Source: Candidatus Omnitrophota bacterium (lineage in GTDB: Bacteria; Omnitrophota; Gorgyraeia; Zapsychrales; Fredricksoniimonadaceae). From it: a DNA stretch of 56,043 bases. Both the position numbers and the translations under genes were made by a program. Under the pieces are notes generated by a model. The model was not told the DNA's origin, ran no database searches, and worked only from the letters and a program-made list of their open reading frames with translations. Where the stretch lies: contig CAJBYM010000022.1 of the NCBI GenBank assembly GCA_903959815.1, positions 1 through 56,043 on the forward strand, given 5' to 3'. Positions 45,401-51,594 of the stretch are shown here, one piece after another. Each line of letters opens with the position of its first letter. The stretch's first letter is position 1.

Positions 45401-45933
45401 TTATTTCTGATCTTGGAACGCACCTGTTCCCAAAAAGATTTCCCCGGCTCCACATCGGGAAAGGTCATCGACGCCGCCATCTGTTTCAAGAGATAATCCT
45501 GCCTGAGCAGATCCTCACCGACAGCGGTGCCGCCCAAAACCGGATTAACAATACGATCCGGCTCGGAAGGAGAAAGATTGACCCAAAGATCTTTTTCCGG
45601 AATGGTCAAAAAAGCGAGAAAATATTTGATCAGGCGCTGTGACCCTTCTTCATTAAAGTTCGGATGTTCTCCCGCATCAACGAGAAAATCGATCTTCAGC
45701 GGATCAATCGGATCAATGGATATCGCTTTCAGAAGAGGGCATGCAGCCGTGGATGATGCAGACAATAAAACGCCAGGAGGAGGATCCATAATAATGCTTT
45801 GCGCATAAGCATCCTTAACACGCAAAAGATCAATCCCGATAGTGTTGCCGGTATAGATCACCAGTAGCGCACAACACACAAAACGGAAGGAGCGTGACCA
45901 TCCTGAATTTCTCTGCTGCATCAATGAATACAT
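36406..45933 (-). CDS. Giant (3,175-aa) signal-peptide multidomain envelope protein: shared N-module, PG-binding-like motif, two MFP(HlyD)-like units, TolC-like coiled coils, TM helices, unknown domains, shared C-module
   Basis: An uninterrupted 9.5-kb ORF with ATG at 45933 and signal peptide CCALLVIYTGNTIGIDLLRVKDAYA. Supporting motifs: GIVEDGDIGPQTRGALGSL; VKLGQTVKKGQLMVIVEGS ... coiled coil ... RVTAPANGIVTSI; and LGALPEVNVNGLF / NVNIPIYNSKNQ / YEQVAAREEIARTAQALYDLKAKYFKAESRL. Hydrophobic helices at aa 2305-2324 and 2620-2670. All long plus-strand ORFs inside it are low-complexity shadows. Confidence 0.85.
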   Translation of the reverse strand: MYSLMQQRNSGWSRSFRFVCCALLVIYTGNTIGIDLLRVKDAYAQSIIMDPPPGVLLSASSTAACPLLKAISIDPIDPLKIDFLVDAGEHPNFNEEGSQRLIKYFLAFLTIPEKDLWVNLSPSEPDRIVNPVLGGTAVGEDLLRQDYLLKQMAASMTFPDVEPGKSFWEQVRSKIRNKYGEVDLPLDTFSKVWVVPQKAVVYEQKGMAFIAESRLKVLLDQDYLTLKKTAAEDKVSVHAEKEITGLYLMIARDIIIPELEREVNEGHYFSQLRQMFNSLVLAIWFKKKLQKHIVNQIYSNKKKTSGIQIQDKEIAQKIYAQYMVALKKGVYDIIREDYDTDQQEVVPRHYFSGGFSFEDAAERTEIMPVWSLTRPELVSLMNRFGKNIFRFTVSLVPRGMSRKSLLGLAFAGGLFLSSMSGLGIQGAGQGAFHVPVDSTHMVQVAQNNGGPRNVISLEDVSRKIISRGDPILEEDQKYFSFMNGFLTIDDVRDIQGKENPLTGQAYDFDADAIERNWDKIFSSSTMGWMQEAIVIVAQHKMGIVEDGDIGPQTRGALGSLMTGTAVVKTTSAAAKSDVKVKVPSVEKNSSVSKAKEVKTSMGVKSPSLVRPVSVVNKDFVKSKPVTITMAASNTVESAVSGSGGPPRPPLPPPKKVVSSPYVAPVKTVAPVSAPVMVKQSSTTASSFSSTSGTFTISKQVGLVPDERTMVAQTTGYVSGLNRGANGYQSGAVMFNIEEDDVLEQSETNDELLKISGAKLNRSLELNANGNMPAVKVRAVEGQVAQRNQVKARLDNQRRLFTVRAPSRLLIKNMRIYNNTPVKKGTEMFEYIDQDRVRLTVEMPYNKAFFGYFGRFEIDGQQVRRILNVAVDPDPTHNLARVTFLVEPSAPISNSRNAHLNLEILPPVLSANAPVINAKGWAISSVPASAELLVPSPVDGTAQYFVKLGQTVKKGQLMVIVEGSASEEYKSTLKAYEAVKSQLEMSAPRDGVQHFSNDQMDELEEKAAALGAKLKALRKQVRRTRVTAPANGIVTSISAMSVSSFAFADEMLRIKPSEVPLGSLYDMNNTIQLPDNISLQFNDPIVLMTPWGEYVPARVKNVNTMPMGQTMRLSGVQTVEILAEDINNVLQPNLPVKVIVPTDEDKDLVLAMFNSAARSVSYGAEPAVNGGRSGGGTAQIRVSTQQQFANAVIMPTSMPLLPLKNAAPVSVSFDVLSLPKGQVVSMKELSTRTANNFLINGKAELEVQESRAKEKFANPSSFNLKFGIVSNNGKLGVSGGLGLVFNGIQGGLTTGNIYGALSPIVSTLVGELVKVITGEPQKLKALQVKKTEALTYVMGDLVSRNIQHAQDLDIQVGNAQWHIDHLQALLNDLNKALAVVEANEKVGNVVTAEKDALHAKIKASRNNLSKWQDDLVAWTFEANFYHGLESGTKFSPEFPWNGDFPGMSQSELDALSSTLLGDKTPNFKLKEAKAMIEGMAMTIKLNKLGALPEVNVNGLFLTQDISNTAVDPYSGSTYKTSASQSGANGAVNVNIPIYNSKNQALKDIGPINMNKFVNDQQRIRAEVGSELTQVAASINSLSQQIKEGNEDYLKAIKSWKNMASRPDLYSPYEQVAAREEIARTAQALYDLKAKYFKAESRLTQMQLLDYGTTRVLASVQSSSIGQDVVEAVQDAVNPGYGGPSASAFKYGSSPLASSSSSFGTGFHAAPPITGMAALSVTYSAPAVVQGSSTQPVSSGQVSGMSAGHVNYSSSPKTISSAVMWAMMAGGQNQGQDEYDVLLDILMHDPNIITRTQTLDFFMKERQNDGKFMVVAQKAVLNSPFPDVVQRLFMNMSKTNGSEPRFFVHTIDQAISKNNMALARLGFQALNDLFIQDTTVLRHWTEASYSEGGDADFMKMTPQDARRVLLTFLAFAPDDWVGKERFLQSNYWSTRQLAGIHNDLLGAKEPAAAKLAPIIRKELIRRKFEESVPDFFNKGAFRNLGGLGVSEGDIYDAHMRDIFKDMNTRFFTASPENRDMEGFVDKDLLRGAEKEADREISSGDPENKGTASPLYELKDLSLESTDMLTYFDALGTDAQTEYINGTGLSELARILASPTFQRGVVLDKLMEKPDGRILAWREYVHSSDNDLLSLVESRTWEALLRADVQSMPDPESMSILREGMIKMYGRTGQDWPLNIRLKTFTFGELHAATDPRPNGADMVKAQIKAMAIGIALDLVESRIEYTPQLDFWNNSKFGTAETALIKDMRLKIAGETDPMKIITHFEDFNPVNSTQKSLKREIEKKMKSLEESILKNDQNVSNTPSSIWYAFWALFAAGAFIAHGFVQKKFFRKYGKVDDLVVSLRKDVIRVKRKTTSWKEKVARMFLIPGALGTSAGLTFTIIPEDGFNNSARKRLVKVQNIVKSWNEDEGVDPQGVIHDINEALNQYDHVIRSMPYVPELMGRGSEDGEIRNGKYMKTFFHLYLSITELRNALDHYQDSHSGFDSRQTEMLFDDKARLLDMQTYLEDYLELFESRGSVDKLMGYKGSDDHFIEKSKVYPFMRYGIKYTDQIGISTKRIYELIPEIRIKGNKLMPGIYNEDEDLLGRSKKILEDMIAEAETLHSLTSAAAARADLWRRWRGRLFLYAPPIFLGLGFFARFLGLPLLGNGLIVMTILGAIAKFGSFWWAQYVITHPEWLKDMKAINNKLDENFDKKNGDPLTSNGNGAKGMDKVVKRSVDEGKAALNEQVNGSGAPSVDMVIVIPEDLDYVDEVNKYVDISRGVMTRDSVPMVIAPSAKGSGNVELRALQFMRTKLKDPDFLARYPHLRGKPWQDVRAMFVFHGMNKFHDNRVLDWALINGYRLAAKLKKDDPFSKGGQITVYSRDAYFGPMLEFTADKDINVQADWVNEKELETLGLLKMDPDGQTNAVAEIHEKMIVSDIERKGREPMYVDHELIYLNTRFDLKRKKLKQFPALSGLMFFNAKTVSILGKVLDKLEQDPDLWNSLPLLHMTNDIINPLILPEDRLLKAYLEKRISQPDVYEHNGFDHKELIDEQNAARKRYLLYYDLFLEARKDFRGDIEAGAILPNYSSAKVEHIKFRDQMEDISLQLKQAGLDKSEEVAAPEEPDSAALPENGGLDLTGVSDIVDFKGILTPVDIGLQIFSPESSQQFLQLFRGFDFRITAFQPLEDPGLFLLP

Positions 45934-46005
45934 GCCGTTCTCTCTTACATGGGGACTATAGGTTGAATATTCTTAGAAAAAGTATATACGCTAAATGTGG
46001 AATCC

Positions 46006-46064
46006 CCGTAACGCCGATGTAAACTCTGTGTTAACTACGTTAAAGAATGTTAAAATAATGTTGC
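46006..46064 (-). promoter_or_regulatory. Array of 5-6 direct hexamer repeats TT(A/T)AC(A/G) at ~10.5-bp phasing, merging into a putative -35 upstream of the giant ORF
   Basis: Minus-strand hexamers start at 46064 (GCAACA), 46053 (TTAACA), 46043 (TTAACG), 46034 (TTAACA), 46023 (TTTACA) and 46011 (TTACGG). A 17-nt spacer then leads to TATATA (45988-45983), about 50 nt upstream of the ATG at 45933. Confidence 0.35.
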
Positions 46065-46084
46065 GGATGATCGAAATAAGATAT

Positions 46085-46276
46085 TTAATTGTTTTCAAAC
46101 CTTGAAGGTGTTATTTCACCCTTCGTCAAGTCGACCCGAAAATATTTCATGTGACTCTGGCTTCTAAACCATGCCCGCCTGTTCTTCTGCAAACATGATC
46201 CAAAGGATTTTCCCATATCCCCTTCCCTGGACAAAATCTGTTCATTCAGAAAATACGGATCCCGAAAATAACTCAT
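46085..46276 (-). CDS. Small hypothetical protein (63 aa)
   Basis: ATG at 46276 is preceded by a strong AGGAGGTG SD at optimal spacing. No motif recognised. Confidence 0.45.
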   Translation of the reverse strand: MSYFRDPYFLNEQILSREGDMGKSFGSCLQKNRRAWFRSQSHMKYFRVDLTKGEITPSRFENN

Positions 46277-46402
46277 AGGCCACCTCCTATTTCAAATCTT
46301 TGTCTTTTAACAAAACAACTATACTTATGAAATATGACAATGCCATGACGCCACTGTCAACTTCCTGTGAAATAAGACATCTCTTGGGTTTGTTAAAGGA
46401 TA

Positions 46403-46966
46403 TTACGGTAAACGGGGATCAAAACGGGGCAAGGGCTCGATCAAGACACCGCCGGCGCTCTTTTCCGGATTCTTTTCTTTGATTCTTCTGATGTCATTTT
46501 TGATGGCATCAATCTCATCCAGGATCTTGGGAAGACCCTGGTCAACGATCTCTGATGTCGAATTTAACGACACCTCAAGCGCATCAACTTTTTGCTGAAT
46601 CGACACCAACGTGCTCACATAATCTTTCTGCCACTCTTTGGTATCATCCTTGATCTTCCAAGCCTCTGCCCTGCTCTGGGAAATGACGGACTTTATCTCA
46701 ACGATAGAATCCTTAATCTGCGGGATCAACTCGCCGATCTGGGCATTTTCTTTCTGAACTTTCTCAAACTTAACACGTTGTTCCTCGAGGCCGTTTTTCA
46801 AATCCTTGATCCCCACCTTCAACTCTTGTATATTTTTCTGTTGATCAGCCGTATACGTCCCCATCCATTCAAGAGACCTTTGTTGCTGGGCATAACAATA
46901 AAAAGAAAAGACGGTCATAGCAATAACCATGACCACCCCGATAATATTCAACAACCGTCTGAACAT
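46403..46966 (-). CDS. Membrane-anchored coiled-coil protein (about 187 aa), last gene of the pst-phoU operon
   Basis: The ATG at 46966 overlaps the phoU TGA. N-terminal TM IIGVVMVIAMTVFSFYCYA followed by heptad-like K/E/Q-rich sequence. Confidence 0.6.
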   Translation of the reverse strand: MFRRLLNIIGVVMVIAMTVFSFYCYAQQQRSLEWMGTYTADQQKNIQELKVGIKDLKNGLEEQRVKFEKVQKENAQIGELIPQIKDSIVEIKSVISQSRAEAWKIKDDTKEWQKDYVSTLVSIQQKVDALEVSLNSTSEIVDQGLPKILDEIDAIKNDIRRIKEKNPEKSAGGVLIEPLPRFDPRLP

Positions 46967-47631
46967 CAAAGCCTTTCCGGATGATGCTTGACCACCTCAG
47001 CTTTGACCATATAGATGACATCCTCTGCAATATAAGTAGCATGGTCAGAAACGCGCTCAAGAAATCGAGCGATCAACAGGAGTTGAACAGCACGCGGCGC
47101 TGAGGACGGATCCCTGGCGATATAAACATCAACAAGTTCTTTGTGGATCGCATCACGCAAAGCATCCGCCTCCGGCTCCATGGCAAGAACCATCTTGGCT
47201 ATCTCAATATCACGGGCAATAAATGCATCAATGGACATCCTGACCATCTTTTGTGCGATCGATGCTAACTTGGGAATATCCACCAAAGGCTTAAGCAAAG
47301 GCTCATCTGCCATCTCAATAACATGTTGAGAAATATCGACCGCAAGATCCGCGATACACTCAAGTTCATTGTTAAGCCGCATGCCTGTTGTAATAAACCT
47401 GAGATCCACGGCCATAGGCTGTTGCCGGGCAATAAGATCAAGGCACTTCTCATCGATGATCAGTTCCAATTCATCGATACAACTGTCATTGTCAATGACC
47501 GATTGTGCAGCATCAACATCACGACTTTTTAATGCTGCGATCGATCTCGCCACCGCTTCTTCCGCCAAAGTCCCCATCTTAAGGATATCATTATTCAATT
47601 CTGCTAATTCTTCATGAAAATGTTTACTCAT
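46966..47631 (-). CDS. phoU: Phosphate-uptake regulator PhoU
   Basis: MSKHFHEELAELNNDILKMG... with two PhoU repeats (DxxxD-type helices, e.g. ERVSDHATYIAEDV). ATG at 47631; the track's longer ORF overlaps arsC. Confidence 0.85.
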   Translation of the reverse strand: MSKHFHEELAELNNDILKMGTLAEEAVARSIAALKSRDVDAAQSVIDNDSCIDELELIIDEKCLDLIARQQPMAVDLRFITTGMRLNNELECIADLAVDISQHVIEMADEPLLKPLVDIPKLASIAQKMVRMSIDAFIARDIEIAKMVLAMEPEADALRDAIHKELVDVYIARDPSSAPRAVQLLLIARFLERVSDHATYIAEDVIYMVKAEVVKHHPERL

Positions 47632-47644
47632 AGCACACTCCCTT

Positions 47645-48043
47645 TTATCTCGACAATCTAACCCAGTCAATGAGCCGCTCAACCTCATCACGAATATCTT
47701 CTCTAACTTCACGAAAGAAATCAAGGCTCTTTCCTTTCGGATCCCTGATCTGCCAATCTTCACGATCTTCCGCTGGAATGAACGGACACTTATCTCCACA
47801 GCCCATGGTCACAACCCAATCAAACTCATGCGATGACAGTTCATTAAACCCTTTTGAGACATGGCCTGAAATGTCGATCTCAACCTCTCGCATCACCTTG
47901 ACCGCATCTGAATTCAGCTTACCCGACGCGCTTGATCCTGCACTAAACACCTCGACCACCCCTTCACCCAACACACGCGCGAAACCTTCTGCCATTTGAC
48001 TGCGACAGGAATTTTCTACGCAGACGAACAATACTTTTTTCAT
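47645..48043 (-). CDS. arsC: Low-molecular-weight phosphatase-fold arsenate reductase (thioredoxin-coupled ArsC type) or LMW-PTP
   Basis: P-loop VLFVCVENSCRSQMAEG (C-x5-R-S) plus the downstream Cys pair GCGDKCP. ATG at 48043 just after the pstB stop. Confidence 0.65.
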   Translation of the reverse strand: MKKVLFVCVENSCRSQMAEGFARVLGEGVVEVFSAGSSASGKLNSDAVKVMREVEIDISGHVSKGFNELSSHEFDWVVTMGCGDKCPFIPAEDREDWQIRDPKGKSLDFFREVREDIRDEVERLIDWVRLSR

Positions 48044-48047
48044 ACGA

Positions 48048-48809
48048 TCAACCAAACCTTCCCGTAATATAATCTTCCGTACGCTTATCTCTTGGACGGG
48101 TAAAAATGACCTCCGTCTTGTCAAACTCCACAAGCTCCCCCATATAAAAGAAACCGGTATGATCTGATACGCGCGCCGCCTGTTGCATGTTGTGCGTTAC
48201 AATAACAATCGTATAATCTTTCTTTAACTCAAGGATGAGAGCCTCAACCTTATGTGTAGAGATCGGGTCCAAAGACGCGCATGGCTCGTCAAATAAAACA
48301 ACCTCAGGCTCGATCGCCAGGCAACGCGCAATGCAAAGGCGCTGCTGCTGCCCACCGGAAAGGCGCAACGCGCTCTCATGCAGCCTGGTCTTGACCTCTT
48401 CCCAAAGTGCCGACTTTTTGAGCGACTCAACAACCTTCTGTTCAATGAAATCCCGGTCCCGGACACCATTGACCTCGAGCCCGTAAGCAATATTCTCATA
48501 AATGCTCTTGGGGAACGGATTAGGCTTCTGGAACACCATACCGACCTTGCGACGAATCTCGACAGGATCCACCTCAGGCGCCATAATATCTTTCCCGTCA
48601 AGTGTGATCGAACCTTCAAGCCGTGCATTGGACACAAGCTCATGCATGCGGTTCAAAAGCCGGATGAACGTGGATTTTCCGCACCCCGACGGGCCGATGA
48701 TGGCCGTAACATTGTTCTCGAAAATATCCAGGTCAATCCTTTTGAGGACCTGCACCGGACCGTAGTAAAAATCAACATCCTTGGCTTTCATCCTAATCTT
48801 CTTATCCAT
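48048..48809 (-). CDS. pstB: Phosphate ABC transporter ATP-binding protein
   Basis: Walker [10 protein letters not shown], signature [13 protein letters not shown], Walker B VVLFDEP, and H-loop VTHNMQQA. Confidence 0.9.
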   Translation of the reverse strand: MDKKIRMKAKDVDFYYGPVQVLKRIDLDIFENNVTAIIGPSGCGKSTFIRLLNRMHELVSNARLEGSITLDGKDIMAPEVDPVEIRRKVGMVFQKPNPFPKSIYENIAYGLEVNGVRDRDFIEQKVVESLKKSALWEEVKTRLHESALRLSGGQQQRLCIARCLAIEPEVVLFDEPCASLDPISTHKVEALILELKKDYTIVIVTHNMQQAARVSDHTGFFYMGELVEFDKTEVIFTRPRDKRTEDYITGRFG

Positions 48810-49668
48810 GAGCCATTCCTCTTTTTCTCAAACGATAACGAATAATGACCGCCACCAGGTTCATCAAAAAAACAAGTGCAATCAACACTAGCGCCGTTCC
48901 GTAAGCAATGGGCCTGACCAGCGAAATATTATGATGCTGAGTCGACATGATATACAAATGATACGGCAATGCCATGAACTGACTGAAGATCGAATTGGGA
49001 ATATCCGGCAGAAAGAAAGCCGCTCCTGTAAAAAGAATGGGCGCCGTCTCACCTGCCGCCCGAGAAAGGCCGAGTATCGTACCTGTCAATATTCCCGGGA
49101 TCGCGAAAGGCAATACATTGGTCCGGATCGACTGCCACTTTGTAGCGCCAAGAGCCAGGGCGCCCTCACGATAAGATCGCGGCACGGTCTTAAGCGCTTC
49201 TTCGCTCGCCGTGATGGTCAAAGGCAACGTCATGAGTCCAAGAGTGGCCCCTGCCGACAGGATCGATGTGCCGAAATGGCACATATCCACAAAGAGCGTA
49301 ACACCAAAAAGACCGTAAACGATCGATGGCACACCCGAAAGATTCCGGATCGAAAGCCGGATGAACCGCGTTAACCCGTTATCCCGGGCGTACTCATTAA
49401 GGTAGATCGCACACCCCATCCCCAGAGGAACAGCGAGGATCGCGGTAATAGCCGTGACAAAGAACGTCCCCAGGATCGCGGGAAAGATGCCGCCTTTTGT
49501 CATGCCGTCAACAGGAGGTTTTGTCAAGAACTCCCAAGATATGATCCCGGCACCTTTGGAAAAGATATCATAAAAAATAACAGCAAGGATCATCACAACA
49601 ACGAGCATGCACAACCGCAGTGTGTTGAATCCCATGACTTCCTTGATACGCTTGATCTTGAGCCTCAT
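48802..49668 (-). CDS. pstA: Phosphate ABC transporter permease PstA
   Basis: Multi-TM permease with the EAA-type loop [25 protein letters not shown]. The ATG at 49668 forms an ATGA overlap with the pstC stop. Confidence 0.85.
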   Translation of the reverse strand: MRLKIKRIKEVMGFNTLRLCMLVVVMILAVIFYDIFSKGAGIISWEFLTKPPVDGMTKGGIFPAILGTFFVTAITAILAVPLGMGCAIYLNEYARDNGLTRFIRLSIRNLSGVPSIVYGLFGVTLFVDMCHFGTSILSAGATLGLMTLPLTITASEEALKTVPRSYREGALALGATKWQSIRTNVLPFAIPGILTGTILGLSRAAGETAPILFTGAAFFLPDIPNSIFSQFMALPYHLYIMSTQHHNISLVRPIAYGTALVLIALVFLMNLVAVIIRYRLRKRGMAHG

Positions 49669-50546
49669 GCCTGCACCCGCGTATGCTTGTGAAAAATAAT
49701 ATCCGCACATAAATTAACAACGAACGTAATCAAAAAGAGAATAAGTCCGACGGCAAACAACATATGAAAATGTGTCGTGTAATAAGCCACTTCACCCAAT
49801 TCAATGGCAATCGTCGATGTCATGGTCTTAACCGGACCAAGAAAACTTCTTGGGAATTCAGCTGCATTTCCGGTCGCCATAAGAACCGTCATCGTCTCCC
49901 CGATCGCGCGCCCCATCCCCAACATGCAGGCCGCAAGAATGCCGGATGCCGCAGCCGGCACTTTGACCTTGATCACGGTTTCCCATTTATTCGCTCCCAG
50001 GGCTAAAGAAGCCTCTTCGTAAGCCCTCGGCACACTGCCCAACGCATCTTCAGAAAGACTGATGATCGTAGGCAAGGCCATCACCGCAAGCAGAATAGAA
50101 CCGTTAAGTGCATTCAACCCGTTATACGTCCCTGTCAATCTTGATATCACAGGCCCCAACAACACGATCCCCAGAAAGCCGACAACGACCGACGGAATAC
50201 CCGCCAGGATCTCAACCAAAGGCTTCGCGATCTCGCGCACACGCGGGCTGGCCACATCGGAAAGATAAGCTGCTGTTCCGATCCCGAGAGGGACCGCCAC
50301 AACAAGTGAGCCGACAGTGACCATCAAAGAACTGACCAGCATGGGCAATAACCCATATGTCGGCTGTTCGTAGGCGTCCGGATTCCAGATAGGCTTAGTC
50401 AAGAAATGCTGAAGGCTGACCTCCTTGAACGCGGGCAAAGCATTCTTCAACAAAAGAAGGAATATCCCGACAAGGATCAAAATAACCAGGATCCCATTAA
50501 AAAGGAAGAACATCTCGATCAGTTTTTCTTTGTTTTTTCTATTCAT
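49665..50546 (-). CDS. pstC: Phosphate ABC transporter permease PstC
   Basis: Multi-TM permease with the EAA-type loop SEDALGSVPRAYEEASLALGANKWE. Gene order is pstS-C-A-B. Confidence 0.85.
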   Translation of the reverse strand: MNRKNKEKLIEMFFLFNGILVILILVGIFLLLLKNALPAFKEVSLQHFLTKPIWNPDAYEQPTYGLLPMLVSSLMVTVGSLVVAVPLGIGTAAYLSDVASPRVREIAKPLVEILAGIPSVVVGFLGIVLLGPVISRLTGTYNGLNALNGSILLAVMALPTIISLSEDALGSVPRAYEEASLALGANKWETVIKVKVPAAASGILAACMLGMGRAIGETMTVLMATGNAAEFPRSFLGPVKTMTSTIAIELGEVAYYTTHFHMLFAVGLILFLITFVVNLCADIIFHKHTRVQA

Positions 50547-50617
50547 AAATTATATAGGGCATGAAAAGGGAAGGCCTTTGAGACGGCCTTCCCTTCGAAA
50601 CGCTTCACGATCAATAA

Positions 50618-51490
50618 TTATAATCCATTCTTGATATTCTGCGCCTTATATTCCTCCGCGATCGCATAAAAACCTTCTTCCTCAACGATCACCTGGCCTT
50701 CAGAGCTTACTTCGAACTGCAGGAACTTCTTCGTCTCGCCGGATGGCGTGCCGCTCACATACTGATACAACGGACGCGCGATCGGATAAGACCCGTCTTC
50801 AACTGACGCTTTATCCAACGGGCTCTTGTAGATCCCGTTAGGACCCGATGCGACCTCTAGAACAGAGATCCCTTCAGCATTCTTGACATAACCGACACCG
50901 ACATAACCAATGCCTGAAGGATCCGCCTTGACCGCTTCAACGATCTGGGAGCTGCCGTTCATGCTGTTCATTTTGGAAGAATATTCTCCTTTAAGAACAA
51001 GCTCACGGAAAAAACCATACGTGCCTGAATTAGACTGACGGCCGTAAAGATTGATCGGCATATCACTGCCGCCCACCTCGGACCAATTGCCGATCTCACC
51101 GCGATAGATCTTGCCGATCTGGTCAGATGTAAGCTGAGTGACCGGATTACCCTTGTTCACAACAACGCTCAAGCCATCAATGGCGATCACGATACGTGTA
51201 GGCGCAACACCGACAGCCGTTGCACTTTCCATTTCTTTCGCATTAATAGCACGCGAAGAATTGGCGATATTGCACTTCTTGTTAATGAGCGCCGCAATAC
51301 CCGTACCCGACCCGCCGCCCGTCACAGATATCTTCACACCTGGATTCTGCTGCATATAGATCTCTGCCAATTTCTGGCTGAGATTGATGATCGTATCCGA
51401 CCCCTTGATCTGGATCATTTCAGCCGATGCCGCTGTGGCCATCAAAGCCGCCCCAGCCATCGCCACACCTAAAACCTTCACTATTTTCAT
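50618..51490 (-). CDS. pstS: Phosphate-binding protein PstS
   Basis: ATG at 51490 with a GGAGGAAG SD. Signal peptide MKIVKVLGVAMAGAALMATAASA. IKGSDTI, TGGGSGTG, SRAI and other PBP-2 phosphate-binding strings. Confidence 0.85.
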   Translation of the reverse strand: MKIVKVLGVAMAGAALMATAASAEMIQIKGSDTIINLSQKLAEIYMQQNPGVKISVTGGGSGTGIAALINKKCNIANSSRAINAKEMESATAVGVAPTRIVIAIDGLSVVVNKGNPVTQLTSDQIGKIYRGEIGNWSEVGGSDMPINLYGRQSNSGTYGFFRELVLKGEYSSKMNSMNGSSQIVEAVKADPSGIGYVGVGYVKNAEGISVLEVASGPNGIYKSPLDKASVEDGSYPIARPLYQYVSGTPSGETKKFLQFEVSSEGQVIVEEEGFYAIAEEYKAQNIKNGL

Positions 51491-51594
51491 ACTTCCTCCT
51501 TGATAACATTGATTTTCAAAATAACCCCTGCGGCTCCGGCTCCTACAAGTCGCCCGGCAGCCGCTGGGGTGATCATGCGAGAATCCTCGCATGA

